Made by a program: the position numbers and the translations under genes
From: Macrostomum lignano
Lineage: Eukaryota
Reading direction: 5' to 3'
DNA length: 64,000 nucleotides
NCBI GenBank assembly: GCA_002269645.1
Contig: NIVC01003531.1
Coordinates: 1-64,000 of the forward strand
Notes under the pieces: model-generated
Databases searched by the model: none
What the model was told of the DNA's origin: nothing
What the model saw: the letters and a program-made list of their open reading frames with translations, nothing else
Shown here: in pieces, positions 1 through 13,200 of the stretch
Numbering within the stretch: position 1 is the first letter of the stretch
Layout of the letters: each line of letters begins with the position of its first letter

Positions 1-39
1 CTGACCAACACCATCCGAATCCGCCCTTCTGACCAACGC

Positions 40-213
40 CAGTGGCGCAACCAGGGGGGGCGGGGGGCGGTCGCCCCCCTTAGACGGAGACCCAAAAAAT
101 CAAAGGGGACCAAGCGAATTTTTGCCATAAACAGAGCCACCCCTCTGCCCCCCCTTCCTGGGACTTTACCCTCCAAAATCCGCCCCCTCAAAAAAATTCT
201 GGTTGCGCTACTG
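40..213. mobile_element. Non-autonomous hAT-like MITE, copy 1
   Basis: TIRs cagtggcgcaacca / tggttgcgctactg (1 mismatch); 8-bp TSD accaacgc at 32-39 and 214-221. An 8-bp TSD with a CAG start is typical of hAT. Confidence 0.75.
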
Positions 214-399
214 ACCAACGCCACTCGGAATCCGCCCCTCTGACCAACGCCACTCGGAATTCGCCCCCGTTGGCCAGCGCCACTCGGAATCCGCCCCCTC
301 TGACCAGCGCCACTCGGAATCCGCCCCACTGACCAGCGCCACTTGGAATCTGCTCCCACTGACCAACACCATCCGGAATCCGCCCCTTCTGACCAACGC

Positions 400-576
400 C
401 AGTGGCGCAACCAGGGGGGGGCGGGGGGCGGTCGCCCCCCTTAGACGGAGACCCAAAAAATCAAAGGGGGACCAAGCGAATTTTTGCCATAAACAGAGCC
501 ACCCCTCTGCCCCCCCTTCCTGGGACTTTACCCTCCAAAATCCGCCCCCCTCAAAAAAATTCTGGTTGCGCTACTG
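400..576. mobile_element. Non-autonomous hAT-like MITE, copy 2
   Basis: Same TIRs and the same TSD accaacgc (392-399, 577-584) as copy 1. Confidence 0.75.
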
Positions 577-891
577 ACCAACGCCACTCAGAATCCGCCC
601 CCTCTGACCGCCTATATTCAACTTTATTATACTAATAAAGATATGACTAGCATATATTTCTACAATTTATTAAAATTTTAAATTTCTACTATAAGTAGGT
701 TATTGGAAATATTTTCTCCCGGAAATATTGAGAAATGAATATGTAAAACCGATACAGAAATTTTTATTGATTATTGCTTTTAATATCAGCAAGTGTTTCA
801 TTTTTATTACACTAATGGAGACTTCCATGTCTCCAGTGAATGCTGATTTCTTGATCTTCGATCGAGACAAGAGCCGGCACCTGCGGCTTAC

Positions 892-941
892 CTGTCTCCA
901 GGACACAGCTGGAGTGTCGGGTTCGGCTCGGCCGTTGCCAT
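892..941 (-). CDS. Probable first coding exon (MATAEPNPTLQLCPGD...) of a gene continuing left out of the window; product unknown
   Basis: Minus strand has gccATGg at 941, 50 nt open frame, then a strong donor AG|gtaag at 891. No second exon was identified in the window. Confidence 0.4.
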
Positions 942-947
942 GGCAAC
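934..947. promoter_or_regulatory. Perfect palindromic RFX X-box (GTTGCCATGGCAAC)
   Basis: Exact match to the canonical X-box palindrome; overlaps the putative ATG at 941. Confidence 0.5.
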
Positions 948-2493
948 TACGAAGCCAAAGTGTCCTTCCAGAGCAGAGGCAAAGTCACTTTTAAGCGATG
1001 CAAGCACCCAAAAGGTCATTTTTGTTCGCATATGGCTCATAAGTTGATATTATGTGGGGGAGGTCACCTGACCCCCGTGACCCCAGTAACTGTCCACACT
1101 ACACAACGAAGCAGCGCGCATTTAGCCGGTGGGTGGGAGGTCAAGAAGATCCAAAAAGGGGGCGGAGGGGGTGGGCCTCTATTCTGGCAAAAAATGCTTC
1201 GTGCGGAAGAAGGGAGGTGGCCCACCTGTGGTATGTGCGCATATAAAGTATATTTCATTTCACACACATTGGCCATAGACACTGCCCCTGTTAACCCTGC
1301 GTTCTAAAGCTAATATAAGGAGAGCAAATATAAAGGAAATGAATGTTAACATCGGCATGGCAAGAGCCCGCTACCAAGCTTGAGATTACTAATCATAATT
1401 CACCTGGACTTCGAGTTGGTAACGGAAGTCGGATGTAACACCACCCCCACCCCCCGCCCCCTTCTCGGTCTGCTTCAACCCATCTCATTGCAATGCATTG
1501 TTTTAAAACAGAAGCAGGGCCAGCCGATAGAGATTTGAAAGTATTCAATTAAAAAAGATAAAAAACGCTACTTTTGCTACTGAAAACGAGTAGACGAGCG
1601 CATTTTACACAAAGCTACAGTAATAAGTGACAAGTCCAGTATGTGTGGTCAGACCAGAGAACAAAGCAAACTTATTCAGCGAGTCAAATTTTCTACAGTC
1701 TAACAAAGCCCGCCTGAGCTTTCCTAGAAATACTTCAGTACAGCACGACTTTCACGTTGGCTGCCTTCTAAAGAGACCCGTAGTATTGATTGGGATCTGG
1801 GGGATCTGCTCCCGCCACCTCCACTTCGTCTCCGCGCAGGAATCCCCAGGACAATCGGGCAGCCAGCTGCTGCCGGGGCTTAACTCCGCGACTTAGGCAG
1901 CATTTTCAAGACCCGCCGGCCCCCCTGCCCATTGTTTATCCTCATATTCGGGTCCGCGTGGACTTCAAATTCGATATTTAAGAGTAATAAAATTGTGTCT
2001 GTTTTGAACACATGGAATTTTAGTTCAATTTTTTCAAACCGAAAATCTGCCCAAAATCACTTTGATTGGCTGATCGCAGGGATGGCCGAGCAGTCTGGTG
2101 AGAGGTCCTAGGCTCGATTTTGAGAGCCTTAGTTAATCTGGTGGCACCTGTTCCCGGGGACTGCTGCCGGGGGGATAATCCGGACTGGATTAACCAGACC
2201 CGGTACAACAGCCATGCCCGCCAAGGTTTGCTATGAGAGGTGCAGCAGAAGTCGCTGCAGTTGCTGCTGCAGTCACTTTTCTCCGGCCCCTGCAGCTCTC
2301 TCGCAGGCAATCTGCTCCTCTACTCACCAAGGTAAGCAAGGGCTGCATTCGCCTTATAACTGCTTTCATAGGCCTGTGTGGCGGGTGTCGAACTTGGGAC
2401 TTCCGTACCGGGCAAACCCCGATGCAGAGCCTCAGATGCTGTAGAGTCGTATTGATTTTTACTGCCTGGGACAAGGTTTAGGAGAGGCTCAGC

Positions 2494-3388
2494 CACAGAA
2501 TATACACAGAATGGTGAATCAGCGCTTAAACTACTTATCGGAATAAAATGTTCATAGACTACTAATCATGAGGTGGCGAAAAGTAGTGCAATTAAATTGA
2601 CGTAGATTAAGCTAAGCGCCCTAGGCTATATGTATTAAAAGTTAAAAGTCAATGTAAAGAGATAAGGATAAGCGTAAAAGACTTTTCGATTAGCTTGTGC
2701 TGCTTGCACGTGTATTTTTTGATAACATTGAATTAGAATTAACATTGAATTGAAGAATGTAGGAATTAATTGAATAAGAATTAATTGAAGAATTTAAGAA
2801 TTAACATGATTAACATTAAATTAGAATTTGCTTATTGCGCCCATTCGCTTGAACTTTTTTATTTCGTCCGATTTTTCGAGAGCAACTGATCGGCCTCGCT
2901 TCCTTTGCTGCGCGATCTCTCATTACTCTTGCCTAGCAGGTCGGCACGAAAAATTCTCTTCGCCCAATCTTCGCATCTAAAGCGCAATATTGTATTTCTA
3001 TGTCAACTTATCTAATTTACACTACTTGCAATTGTAATGGCTCTTACCGACTTCTATCCGCTGGAAAGCGATGGAAGCGCGTCTGCGGTGGGCACTTATT
3101 TGCGCAGTGCGGGCAACCGTAAGCTGCGCATTGGATCTTGGATTTTGTCTTAGCATTCATGCTGCCGCTTGCTATCGAAAATATTGCATCGGCTGACAGC
3201 TCCACAGAGTATACACAGTATATACAGTATATTCTGTGGACAGCTCACCTAACCGCTGTCTATGGCACTAGCTGCCTAAATCTACTACTTATCACGCGCC
3301 TCATCATTAGCAGCATATTGCGAATATAGTTTCGGAGCAAGATTTTTTTTGCGAGAGAGCTAATTCACCATTCTGTGTATATTCTGTG
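2494..3388. mobile_element. Non-autonomous TIR DNA transposon, P-element-like (895 bp)
   Basis: 26-bp perfect TIR cacagaatatacacagaatggtgaat; 8-bp TSD ggctcagc (2486-2493, 3389-3396); CA...TG ends; no transposase ORF. Confidence 0.8.
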
Positions 3389-3392
3389 GGCT

Positions 3393-4915
3393 CAGCAGCC
3401 CAGCCAGCCCAGCCACCGCATCTCCTGCCGCCTAGCACCCTCCACTCCAGCCCCCCCCCCCAGCCACCGCATCTCCTGCCGCCTAGCACCCTCCACTCCA
3501 GCCCCCCCCCAGCCACCGCATCTCCTGCCGCCCAGCCACCGCCTCTCCTGCCGCCTAGCACCCTCCACTCCAGCCCCCCCAGCCACCGCATCTCCTGCCG
3601 CCTAGAACCCTCCACTCCAGCCCCCCCCCAGCCACCGCATCTCCTGCCGCCCCAGCCACCGCATCTCCTGCCGCCCAGCACCCTCCACTCCAGCCCCCCC
3701 CCAGCCACCGCATCTCCTGCCGCCCAGCCACCGCATCTCCTGCCGCCCCAGCCACCGCCTCTCCTGCCGACTAGCACCCTCCACTCCAGCCCCCCCCCCA
3801 GCCACCGCATCTCCTGCCGCCCAGCCACCGCCTCTCCTGCCGCCTAGCACCCTCCACTCCAGCCCCCCCCCAGCCACCGCATCTCCTGCCGCCTAGCACC
3901 CTCCACTCCAGCCCCCCCAGCCACCGCATCTCCTGCCGCCTAGAACCCTCCACTCCAGCCCCCCCCCCAGCCACCGCATCTCCTGCCGCCCAGCCACCGC
4001 ATCTCCTGCCGCCCAGCCACCGCCTCTCCTGCCGCCTAGCACCCTCCACTCCAGCCCCCCCCCCCAGCCACCGCATCTCCTGCCGCCTAGCACCCTCCAC
4101 TCCAGCCCCCCCCCCAGCCACCGCATCTCCTGCCGCCTAGAACCCTCCACTCCAGCCCCCCCCCCAGCCACCGCATCTCCTGCCGCCTAGCACCCTCCAC
4201 TCCAGCCCCCCCCAGCCACCGACCGCATCTCCTGCCGCCTAGCACCCTCCACTCCAGCCCCCCCCCAGCCACCGCATCTCCTGCCGCCCAGCCACCGCCT
4301 CTCCTGCCGCCTAGCACCCTCCACTCCAGCCCCCCCCAGCCACCGCATCTCCTGCCGCCTAGAACCCTCCACTCCAGCCCCCCCCAGCCACCGCATCTCC
4401 TGCCGCCTAGAACCCTCCACTCCAGCCCCCCCCCAGCCACCGCATCTCCTGCCGCCTAGCACCCTCCACTCCCCCCCCCAGCCACCGCATCTCCTGCCGC
4501 CTAGCACCCTCCACTCCAGCCCCCCCCAGCCACCGCATCTCCTGCCGCCTAGCACCCTCCACTCCAGCCCCCCCCAGCCACCGCCTCTCCTGCCGCCCAG
4601 CCACCGCCTCTCCTGCCGCCCAGCCACCGCCTCTCCTGCCGCCTAGCACCCTCCACTCCAGCCCCCCCCCAGCCACCGCATCTCCTGCCGCCTAGCACCC
4701 TCCACTCCCCCCCCAGCCACCGCATCTCCTGCCGCCTAGCACCCTCCACTCCAGCCCCCCCCCCCAGCCACCGCATCTCCTGCCGCCCCAGCCACCGCCT
4801 CTCCTGCCGCCTAGCACCCTCCACTCCAGCCCCCCCCCAGCCACCGCCTCTCCTGCCGCCCAGCCACCGCATCTCCTCCCGCCCAGCCACCGCCTCTCCT
4901 GCCGCCCAGCACCCT
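3393..4915. repeat. C-rich minisatellite, ~49-bp unit with a 22-bp subunit (cagccaccgcatctcctgccgcc + tagcaccctccactccagcccccc)
   Basis: Direct tandem repetition; the source of the many low-complexity ORFs in the track. Confidence 0.97.
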
Positions 4916-5575
4916 CCAGTCCCGCAGAACCGCCTCACCGCCACAGTATCTGGGGTTTAAATACGAGTACTTTATTAATATTTCTTTACTCAATAGCAAA
5001 ATTATTGATAGCAGGACCTTTATAATACTACGAGTATTAGGCCGCTAATTTTACTGAATTGTTAGATCCTTATTACTTTAATCTGTTGAAGCATTGGGAA
5101 GGTGTAGAAGGCTATACAGTCCATCTCCCATTCAATGAAGTCCCTGATTCCTACTCTTCCCGAGAATGAATGAATAATTAACCAAAATCCCACTCCAAGA
5201 CTCCACTGTCCGCTTTTTTAAATATTCAAAACAAATATTCCAAAACAACTCAGCCAAAGAGTTTTAGAACTGCATGGTGTCTGTGCTGCAGATGCGGGAA
5301 CTCGCGTCTCAGATGTACAATTGGGGGGAAAAAGGTTGCAGTCGGTGAATTTCATTACAGCTGCTCCATCTGAATTTCCCTGGCTTAAAGTGGAGCGCGG
5401 CTGGGGCAGAAGCTTCACGGAATAAAAGCTCCGGCTCTGTCCGGGCAGGGCGCGGTGAACTAAACCTGCTGCCTATAGTGAAGTCAGATCAGAAAATCGC
5501 AAACAGTCCAACCCTGTAGCAAGAATTTCGTATGCTCAGTGGCGGTAAAACTCTCTTGCGGCTGAAGATACTTCT

Positions 5576-5865
5576 TTAAGGTACGCCTCTTAGGTACATC
5601 TCTTAGGTACGTCTCTTAAGTACGTCTCTTAGGTACATCTCTTAGGTACGTCTCTTAAGTACGTCTCTTAGGTACATCTCTTAGGTACATCTCTTAGGTA
5701 CGTCTCTTAGGTACATCTCTTAGGTACATCTCTTAGCTGATGCACACCTCTAAGGTACGTCTCTTAAGTACGTCTCTTAGGTACGTCTCTTAGGTACGTC
5801 TTTTAGGTACATCTCTTAGCTATTCTACGTCTTTTAGGTACGACTCTTAGGTACTATAAGGTACG
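5576..5865. repeat. 13-bp minisatellite (ttaggtacgtctc / ttaggtacatctc)
   Basis: About 20 tandem units with variants. Confidence 0.95.
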
Positions 5866-6195
5866 TCTTGCGTCTCTATGTCAGAAAGTTAAGAGTGAGT
5901 CCGATCTTCTGAGGAGCCCCAAGGCTCCGTGGTTTTTCCACTGCAGCGAGAGAGACCGCATGTCGGAAAAAAGCTGTTAGCGTTGCATTTGTCCTCCTTC
6001 GGACCCTTGGCTAGGAATTGATCTACACCGAGGAAGAAGTTGTTAACCACAGTCGCTCGCAGACATAAAATACAAAGTATTATTGTCGTGGCATAAAAGG
6101 GCATTCAAGTCCATCAGAATGGACTTTAACAATTAGTACGAGCTGGCATTAAGAAAATTTCCCGTGTGCCAAATGCAGAGTCCGTGTTCGCCCGG

Positions 6196-7230
6196 ATGAC
6201 GCGCATGCTGCTGCCGGCCCGCACCAGCCCCGTCCGCATTGGGCTGGCCGTGTTCGCCCTTGGGCTCGTCCTGACTATCCCACTGCTGCTCCTGACCACG
6301 TCCTGGCGTCGCGGGTCGCACGTAGGCGACACGGACAGTGAGCTGACCGGCCTCAGCAGCTTCTGGCATCTCGGCGACGCGTCAAGGAAGTTCGCTGATA
6401 AACCCGCGGAATTTCGACAGCCGTTCGTCTACGCGCCGCTGGACACGGAGTTCATCGACAGCAACTTCGACCGGCTGAAGCTGGCCCTGTCCCGCTCGCC
6501 CATGGGCAAGTACCAGGCCCACGTGGACGTCCTGATGACGGAACGGAGGCCGCAGATCAACACAGACGGCTGGCGGTTCCACACACCGTCTGGACGGAAC
6601 CTCACGCTGGCTGGCCTGCAGGCGGAGACCTACGACAGGAACTACACGACCCCAAACCTGGCGCACTTCATCCTGCCCTTCCAGGACCCGCAGCTCGCCT
6701 TCCATCATTTTGTGTGCATCCTGAGCGGCTTCTGGGTGATGCGGCCGCAGAAGCTGGTGCTTTGGTACATGAAGCCGCCGTCCGGGCACTACTGGGAGCT
6801 GCTGAAGACCAACATCACCGCCCCGGTGTGGGAGCAGCGCATCGTCATGATCCAGCGCCCAGTGACGCAGAAGTAAGTTTGGCAAAAATCAATATATGAA
6901 AATGTGCTCGCTAGCCGGTTAACTTCCTCTGAAAACTTGGAGAGCGTAATAACTGAGAGCCCAATTGGGCCAGTTTGTAACCGACAGCTCAGCCGCAGTT
7001 TCATCGAACACAAAAAGGTGTAATGCTGGCACTTATTTTACAGCTGGGTGAACTGAAGCAATGCAGAGCTAAGTGTTCTGCTCAAGGACACAAATTGTTC
7101 CAGTGGGGCCGGGAATCGAACCCCCGACCTTCAAGTCGTAAGTCCGACGCTCAAACCACTCGACAGTCTAGAGCGCGCTTGCTCGCTGGGACAGCTTACA
7201 AGCCAAAAATCGATGTACGTTCTTGGATTC

Positions 7231-7267
<37 letters not shown>

Positions 7268-10200
7268 ACGCACCGGGCACTTGTTGGTACGGTATACAAT
7301 GGTGGGCACTTATTTTGCAATTTTTTTTGACACACGAAAACACACACATACACACAGTGCAATGACCTATTAAGTATTTTTAGCATTTAAATGATGAAAA
7401 AAAGCATACATTGAAATAAAAAAGCACGTCCCATACTAATAGTATGATCTATTGAAAGTGAAGGAATAGCATATCATCGTGTAACTATATTGTCCTCAGT
7501 CGAGCGAATTCAGCATTACTTGAAATACAAGTCTTCGTTGAAGCCAATCCACATGAAGGAAAAACTAGTTACAAGCAGTCTATTTACCTTTACCTTTACT
7601 AATACGCTATAATGCTGTACGCAATATGCCTGACTAATATGAATAAAAAATTCAATTACACTTGCGCTTAGGAAAAAACCTAAAATTGACAGTGAAACTG
7701 AAAAACTGAAACGCAAAGATTAGTTAAGCAGATTAAACAAAAAATTCCGGTCGAGCGAGAAAACAGGAGTCTCGTTATTTAGAGCACTCTGGCATCCAGC
7801 ATTACGCTTGCAGATTATAAATTAGCTGCTCTCCTGAGTTCGAAGCTGACAGGTCCGTTGCAGTCGGCATCGATTGAGTCGACTGCCAATTTAGTCAATG
7901 GGTTTCGTTTCTTCTTTTCACTGGAACCTGTGGTGGGATTAGCAAAAGATCGATTTCGCATATCTGTTTAGTGATTTCAAGGACGACAAAATCATTCTTC
8001 TCTGCATGTCAGCTCCAGAAGATGCTAGTTTGTTTGCAGCTTTCTGTAGGAGCATTCTACTTTAGTAAAGTGTACCCATTCTAAAATAAGCTGTTTTTAA
8101 TATGTCCCAACAAGTCTCTGTGCAGTGTGTCATCCGTTTGCCCATCAATTTGTTCTGGAGCCCTTTATTAATTGAGTTCTTTAGGTGACTTAACAAATGC
8201 GGAAAAAACTAGACACACACACACAGTGGCCCAACACTTCGTGTCCCAATAATTGCTAGGAAAAATGCACTGCAGTGTTTAAGCATCTCCTCTGAGGGGC
8301 CCTTGCATGCATAGCTATAGAATCTGCTAAGACCCGATCTGAGAGTTAAAAGTACAAAAAGTTATAACGCTTCTAGACACGAAAACGAATGCAGCCACAG
8401 CATGAACTAACCTTTTATTGAAGCTTCTGCTTTAAATACTTTGATGCTGTGAAGCATTCTGGCATCTAGCATTACTCTCGTAGACTATTAGCTGCTCTCC
8501 TGAGTTCGAAGCTGACAGGTCCGTTGCAGTCGGCATCGATTGAGTCGACTGCCAATTTAGTCAATGGGTTTCGTTTCTTCTTTTCACTGGAACCTGTGGT
8601 GGGATTAGCAAAAGATCGATTTCGCATATCTGTTTAGTGATTTCAAGGACGACAAAATCATTCTTCTCTGCATGTCAGCTCCAGAAGATGCTAGTTTGTT
8701 TGCAGCTTTCTGTAGGAGCATTCTACTTTAGTAAAGTGTACTCATTCTAAAATAAGCTGTTTTAATATGTCCCAACAAGTCTCTGTGCAGTGTGTCATCC
8801 GTTTGCCCATCAATTTGTTCTGGAGCCCTTTATTAATTGAGTTCTTTAGGTGACTTAACAAATGCGGAAAAAACTAGACACACACACACAGTGGCCCAAC
8901 ACTTCGTGTCCCAATAATTGCTAGGAAAAATGCACTGCAGTGTTTAAGCATCTCCTCTGAGGGGCCCTTGCATGCATAGCTATAGAATCTGCTAAGACCC
9001 GATCTGAGAGTTAAAAGTACAAAAAGTTATAACGCTTCTAGACACGAAAACGAATGCAGCCACAGCATGAACTAACCTTTTATTGAAGCTTCTGCTTTAA
9101 ATACTTTGATGCTGTGAAGCATTCTGGCATCTAGCATTACTCTCGTAGACTATTAGCTGCTCTCCTGAGTTCGAAGCTGACAGGTCCGTTGCAGTCGGCA
9201 TCGATTGAGTCGACTGCCAATTTAGTCAATGGGTTTCGTTTCTTCTTTTCACTGGAACCTGTGGTGGGATTAGCAAAAGATCGATTTCGCATATCTGTTT
9301 AGTGATTTCAAGGACGACAAAATCATTCTTCTCTGCATGTCAGCTCCAGAAGATGCTAGTTTGCTTGCAGCTTTCTGTAGGAGCATTCTACTTTAGTAAA
9401 GTGTACCCATTCTAAAATAAGCTGTTTTTAATATGTCCCAACAAGTCTCTGTGCAGTGTGTCATCCGTTTGCCCATCAATTTGTTCTGGAGCCCTTTATT
9501 AATTGAGTTCTTTAGGTGACTTAACAAATGCGGAAAAAACTAGACACACACACACAGTGGCCCAACACTTCGTGTCCCAATAATTGCTAGGAAAAATGCA
9601 CTGCAGTGTTTAAGCATCTCCTCTGAGGGGCCCTTGCATGCATAGCTATAGAATCTGCTAAGACCCGATCTGAGAGTTAAAAGTACAAAAAGTTATAACG
9701 CTTCTAGACACGAAAACGAATGCAGCCACAGCATGAACTAACCTTTTATTGAAGCTTCTGCTTTAAATACTTTGATGCTGTGAAGCATTCTGGCATCTAG
9801 CATTACTCTCGTAGACTATTAGCTGCTCTCCTGAGTTCGAAGCTGACAGGTCCGTTGCAGTCGGCATCGATTGAGTCGACTGCCAATTTAGTCAATGGGT
9901 TTCGTTTCTTCTTTTCACTGGAACCTGTGGTGGGATTAGCAAAAGATCGATTTCGCATATCTGTTTAGTGATTTCAAGGACGACAAAATCATTCTTCTCT
10001 GCATGTCAGCTCCAGAAGATGCTAGTTTGTTTGCAGCTTTCTGTAGGAGCATTCTACTTTAGTAAAGTGTACCATTCTAAAATAAGCTGTTTTAATATGT
10101 CCCAACAAGTCTCTGTGCAGTGTGTCATCCGTTTGCCCATCAATTTGTTCTGGAGCCCTTTATTAATTGAGTTCTTTAGGTGACTTAACAAATGCGGAAA

Positions 10201-13200
10201 AAACTAGACACACACACACAGTGGCCCAACACTTCGTGTCCCAATAATTGCTAGGAAAAATGCACTGCAGTGTTTAAGCATCTCCTCTGAGGGGCCCTTG
10301 CATGCATAGCTATAGAATCTGCTAAGACCCGATCTGAGAGTTAAAAGTACAAAAAGTTATAACGCTTCTAGACACGAAAACGAATGCAGCCACAGCATGA
10401 ACTAACCTTTTATTGAAGCTTCTGCTTTAAATACTTTGATGCTGTGAAGCATTCTGGCATCTAGCATTACTCTCGTAGACTATTAGCTGCTCTCCTGAGT
10501 TCGAAGCTGACAGGTCCGTTGCAGTCGGCATCGATTGAGTCGACTGCCAATTTAGTCAATGGGTTTCGTTTCTTCTTTTCACTGGAACCTGTGGTGGGAT
10601 TAGCAAAAGATCGATTTCGCATATCTGTTTAGTGATTTCAAGGACGACAAAATCATTCTTCTCTGCATGTCAGCTCCAGAAGATGCTAGTTTGCTTGCAG
10701 CTTTCTGTAGGAGCATTCTACTTTAGTAAAGTGTACCCATTCTAAAATAAGCTGTTTTTAATATGTCCCAACAAGTCTCTGTGCAGTGTGTCATCCGTTT
10801 GCCCATCAATTTGTTCTGGAGCCCTTTATTAATTGAGTTCTTTAGGTGACTTAACAAATGCGGAAAAAACTAGACACACACACACAGTGGCCCAACACTT
10901 CGTGTCCCAATAATTGCTAGGAAAAATGCACTGCAGTGTTTAAGCATCTCCTCTGAGGGGCCCTTGCATGCATAGCTATAGAATCTGCTAAGACCCGATC
11001 TGAGAGTTAAAAGTACAAAAAGTTATAACGCTTCTAGACACGAAAACGAATGCAGCCACAGCATGAACTAACCTTTTATTGAAGCTTCTGCTTTAAATAC
11101 TTTGATGCTGTGAAGCATTCTGGCATCTAGCATTACTCTCGTAGACTATTAGCTGCTCTCCTGAGTTCGAAGCTGACAGGTCCGTTGCAGTCGGCATCGA
11201 TTGAGTCGACTGCCAATTTAGTCAATGGGTTTCGTTTCTTCTTTTCACTGGAACCTGTGGTGGGATTAGCAAAAGATCGATTTCGCATATCTGTTTAGTG
11301 ATTTCAAGGACGACAAAATCATTCTTCTCTGCATGTCAGCTCCAGAAGATGCTAGTTTGCTTGCAGCTTTCTGTAGGAGCATTCTACTTTAGTAAAGTGT
11401 ACCCATTCTAAAATAAGCTGTTTTTAATATGTCCCAACAAGTCTCTGTGCAGTGTGTCATCCGTTTGCCCATCAATTTGTTCTGGAGCCCTTTATTAATT
11501 GAGTTCTTTAGGTGACTTAACAAATGCGGAAAAAACTAGACACACACACACAGTGGCCCAACACTTCGTGTCCCAATAATTGCTAGGAAAAATGCACTGC
11601 AGTGTTTAAGCATCTCCTCTGAGGGGCCCTTGCATGCATAGCTATAGAATCTGCTAAGACCCGATCTGAGAGTTAAAAGTACAAAAAGTTATAACGCTTC
11701 TAGACACGAAAACGAATGCAGCCACAGCATGAACTAACCTTTTATTGAAGCTTCTGCTTTAAATACTTTGATGCTGTGAAGCATTCTGGCATCTAGCATT
11801 ACTCTCGTAGACTATTAGCTGCTCTCCTGAGTTCGAAGCTGACAGGTCCGTTGCAGTCGGCATCGATTGAGTCGACTGCCAATTTAGTCAATGGGTTTCG
11901 TTTCTTCTTTTCACTGGAACCTGTGGTGGGATTAGCAAAAGATCGATTTCGCATATCTGTTTAGTGATTTCAAGGACGACAAAATCATTCTTCTCTGCAT
12001 GTCAGCTCCAGAAGATGCTAGTTTGCTTGCAGCTTTCTGTAGGAGCATTCTACTTTAGTAAAGTGTACCCATTCTAAAATAAGCTGTTTTTAATATGTCC
12101 CAACAAGTCTCTGTGCAGTGTGTCATCCGTTTGCCCATCAATTTGTTCTGGAGCCCTTTATTAATTGAGTTCTTTAGGTGACTTAACAAATGCGGAAAAA
12201 ACTAGACACACACACACAGTGGCCCAACACTTCGTGTCCCAATAATTGCTAGGAAAAATGCACTGCAGTGTTTAAGCATCTCCTCTGAGGGGCCCTTGCA
12301 TGCATAGCTATAGAATCTGCTAAGACCCGATCTGAGAGTTAAAAGTACAAAAAGTTATAACGCTTCTAGACACGAAAACGAATGCAGCCACAGCATGAAC
12401 TAACCTTTTATTGAAGCTTCTGCTTTAAAGACTTTATGCTGTGAAGCATTCTGGCATCTAGCATTACTCTCGTAGACTATTAGCTGCTCTCCTGAGTTCG
12501 AAGCTGACAGGTCCGTTGCAGTCGGCATCGATTGAGTCGACTGCCAATTTAGTCAATGGGTTTCGTTTCTTCTTTTCACTGGAACCTGTGGTGGGATTAG
12601 CAAAAGATCGATTTCGCATATCTGTTTAGTGATTTCAAGGACGACAAAATCATTCTTCTCTGCATGTCAGCTCCAGAAGATGCTAGTTTGCTTGCAGCTT
12701 TCTGTAGGAGCATTCTACTTTAGTAAAGTGTACCCATTCTAAAATAAGCTGTTTTTAATATGTCCCAACAAGTCTCTGTGCAGTGTGTCATCCGTTTGCC
12801 CATCAATTTGTTCTGGAGCCCTTTATTAATTGAGTTCTTTAGGTGACTTAACAAATGCGGAAAAAACTAGACACACACACACAGTGGCCCAACACTTCGT
12901 GTCCCAATAATTGCTAGGAAAAATGCACTGCAGTGTTTAAGCATCTCCTCTGAGGGGCCCTTGCATGCATAGCTATAGAATCTGCTAAGACCCGATCTGA
13001 GAGTTAAAAGTACAAAAAGTTATAACGCTTCTAGACACGAAAACGAATGCAGCCACAGCATGAACTAACCTTTTATTGAAGCTTCTGCTTTAAATACTTT
13101 GATGCTGTGAAGCATTCTGGCATCTAGCATTACTCTCGTAGACTATTAGCTGCTCTCCTGAGTTCGAAGCTGACAGGTCCGTTGCAGTCGGCATCGATTG

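Larger units (their letters stand above)
1..610. repeat. ~29-bp minisatellite (ctgaccaacgccactcggaatccgcccc) with a ~360-bp higher-order duplication carrying two MITE copies
   Basis: The unit repeats directly across 1-610; block 1-~360 recurs from ~361. Confidence 0.9.

Noticed and set aside
2307-2331. 25-nt micro-exon with good acceptor and donor (cgcag|...caag|gtaagc)
   Set aside because: It could be a 5'-UTR exon, but it cannot be linked to any gene from sequence alone.
3307-4999. Many overlapping Pro/Gly-rich ORFs
   Set aside because: They are translations of the C-rich minisatellite in all frames.
7104-7176. tRNA-Val(TAC)-like gene
   Set aside because: The acceptor, anticodon and T stems pair poorly and it runs into a CORE-like body, so it is a SINE head.
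8221-8250. CACAGTG as an RSS/Transib end
   Set aside because: No nonamer at 12/23 spacing and no matching inverted end; it is simply the end of a CA run.
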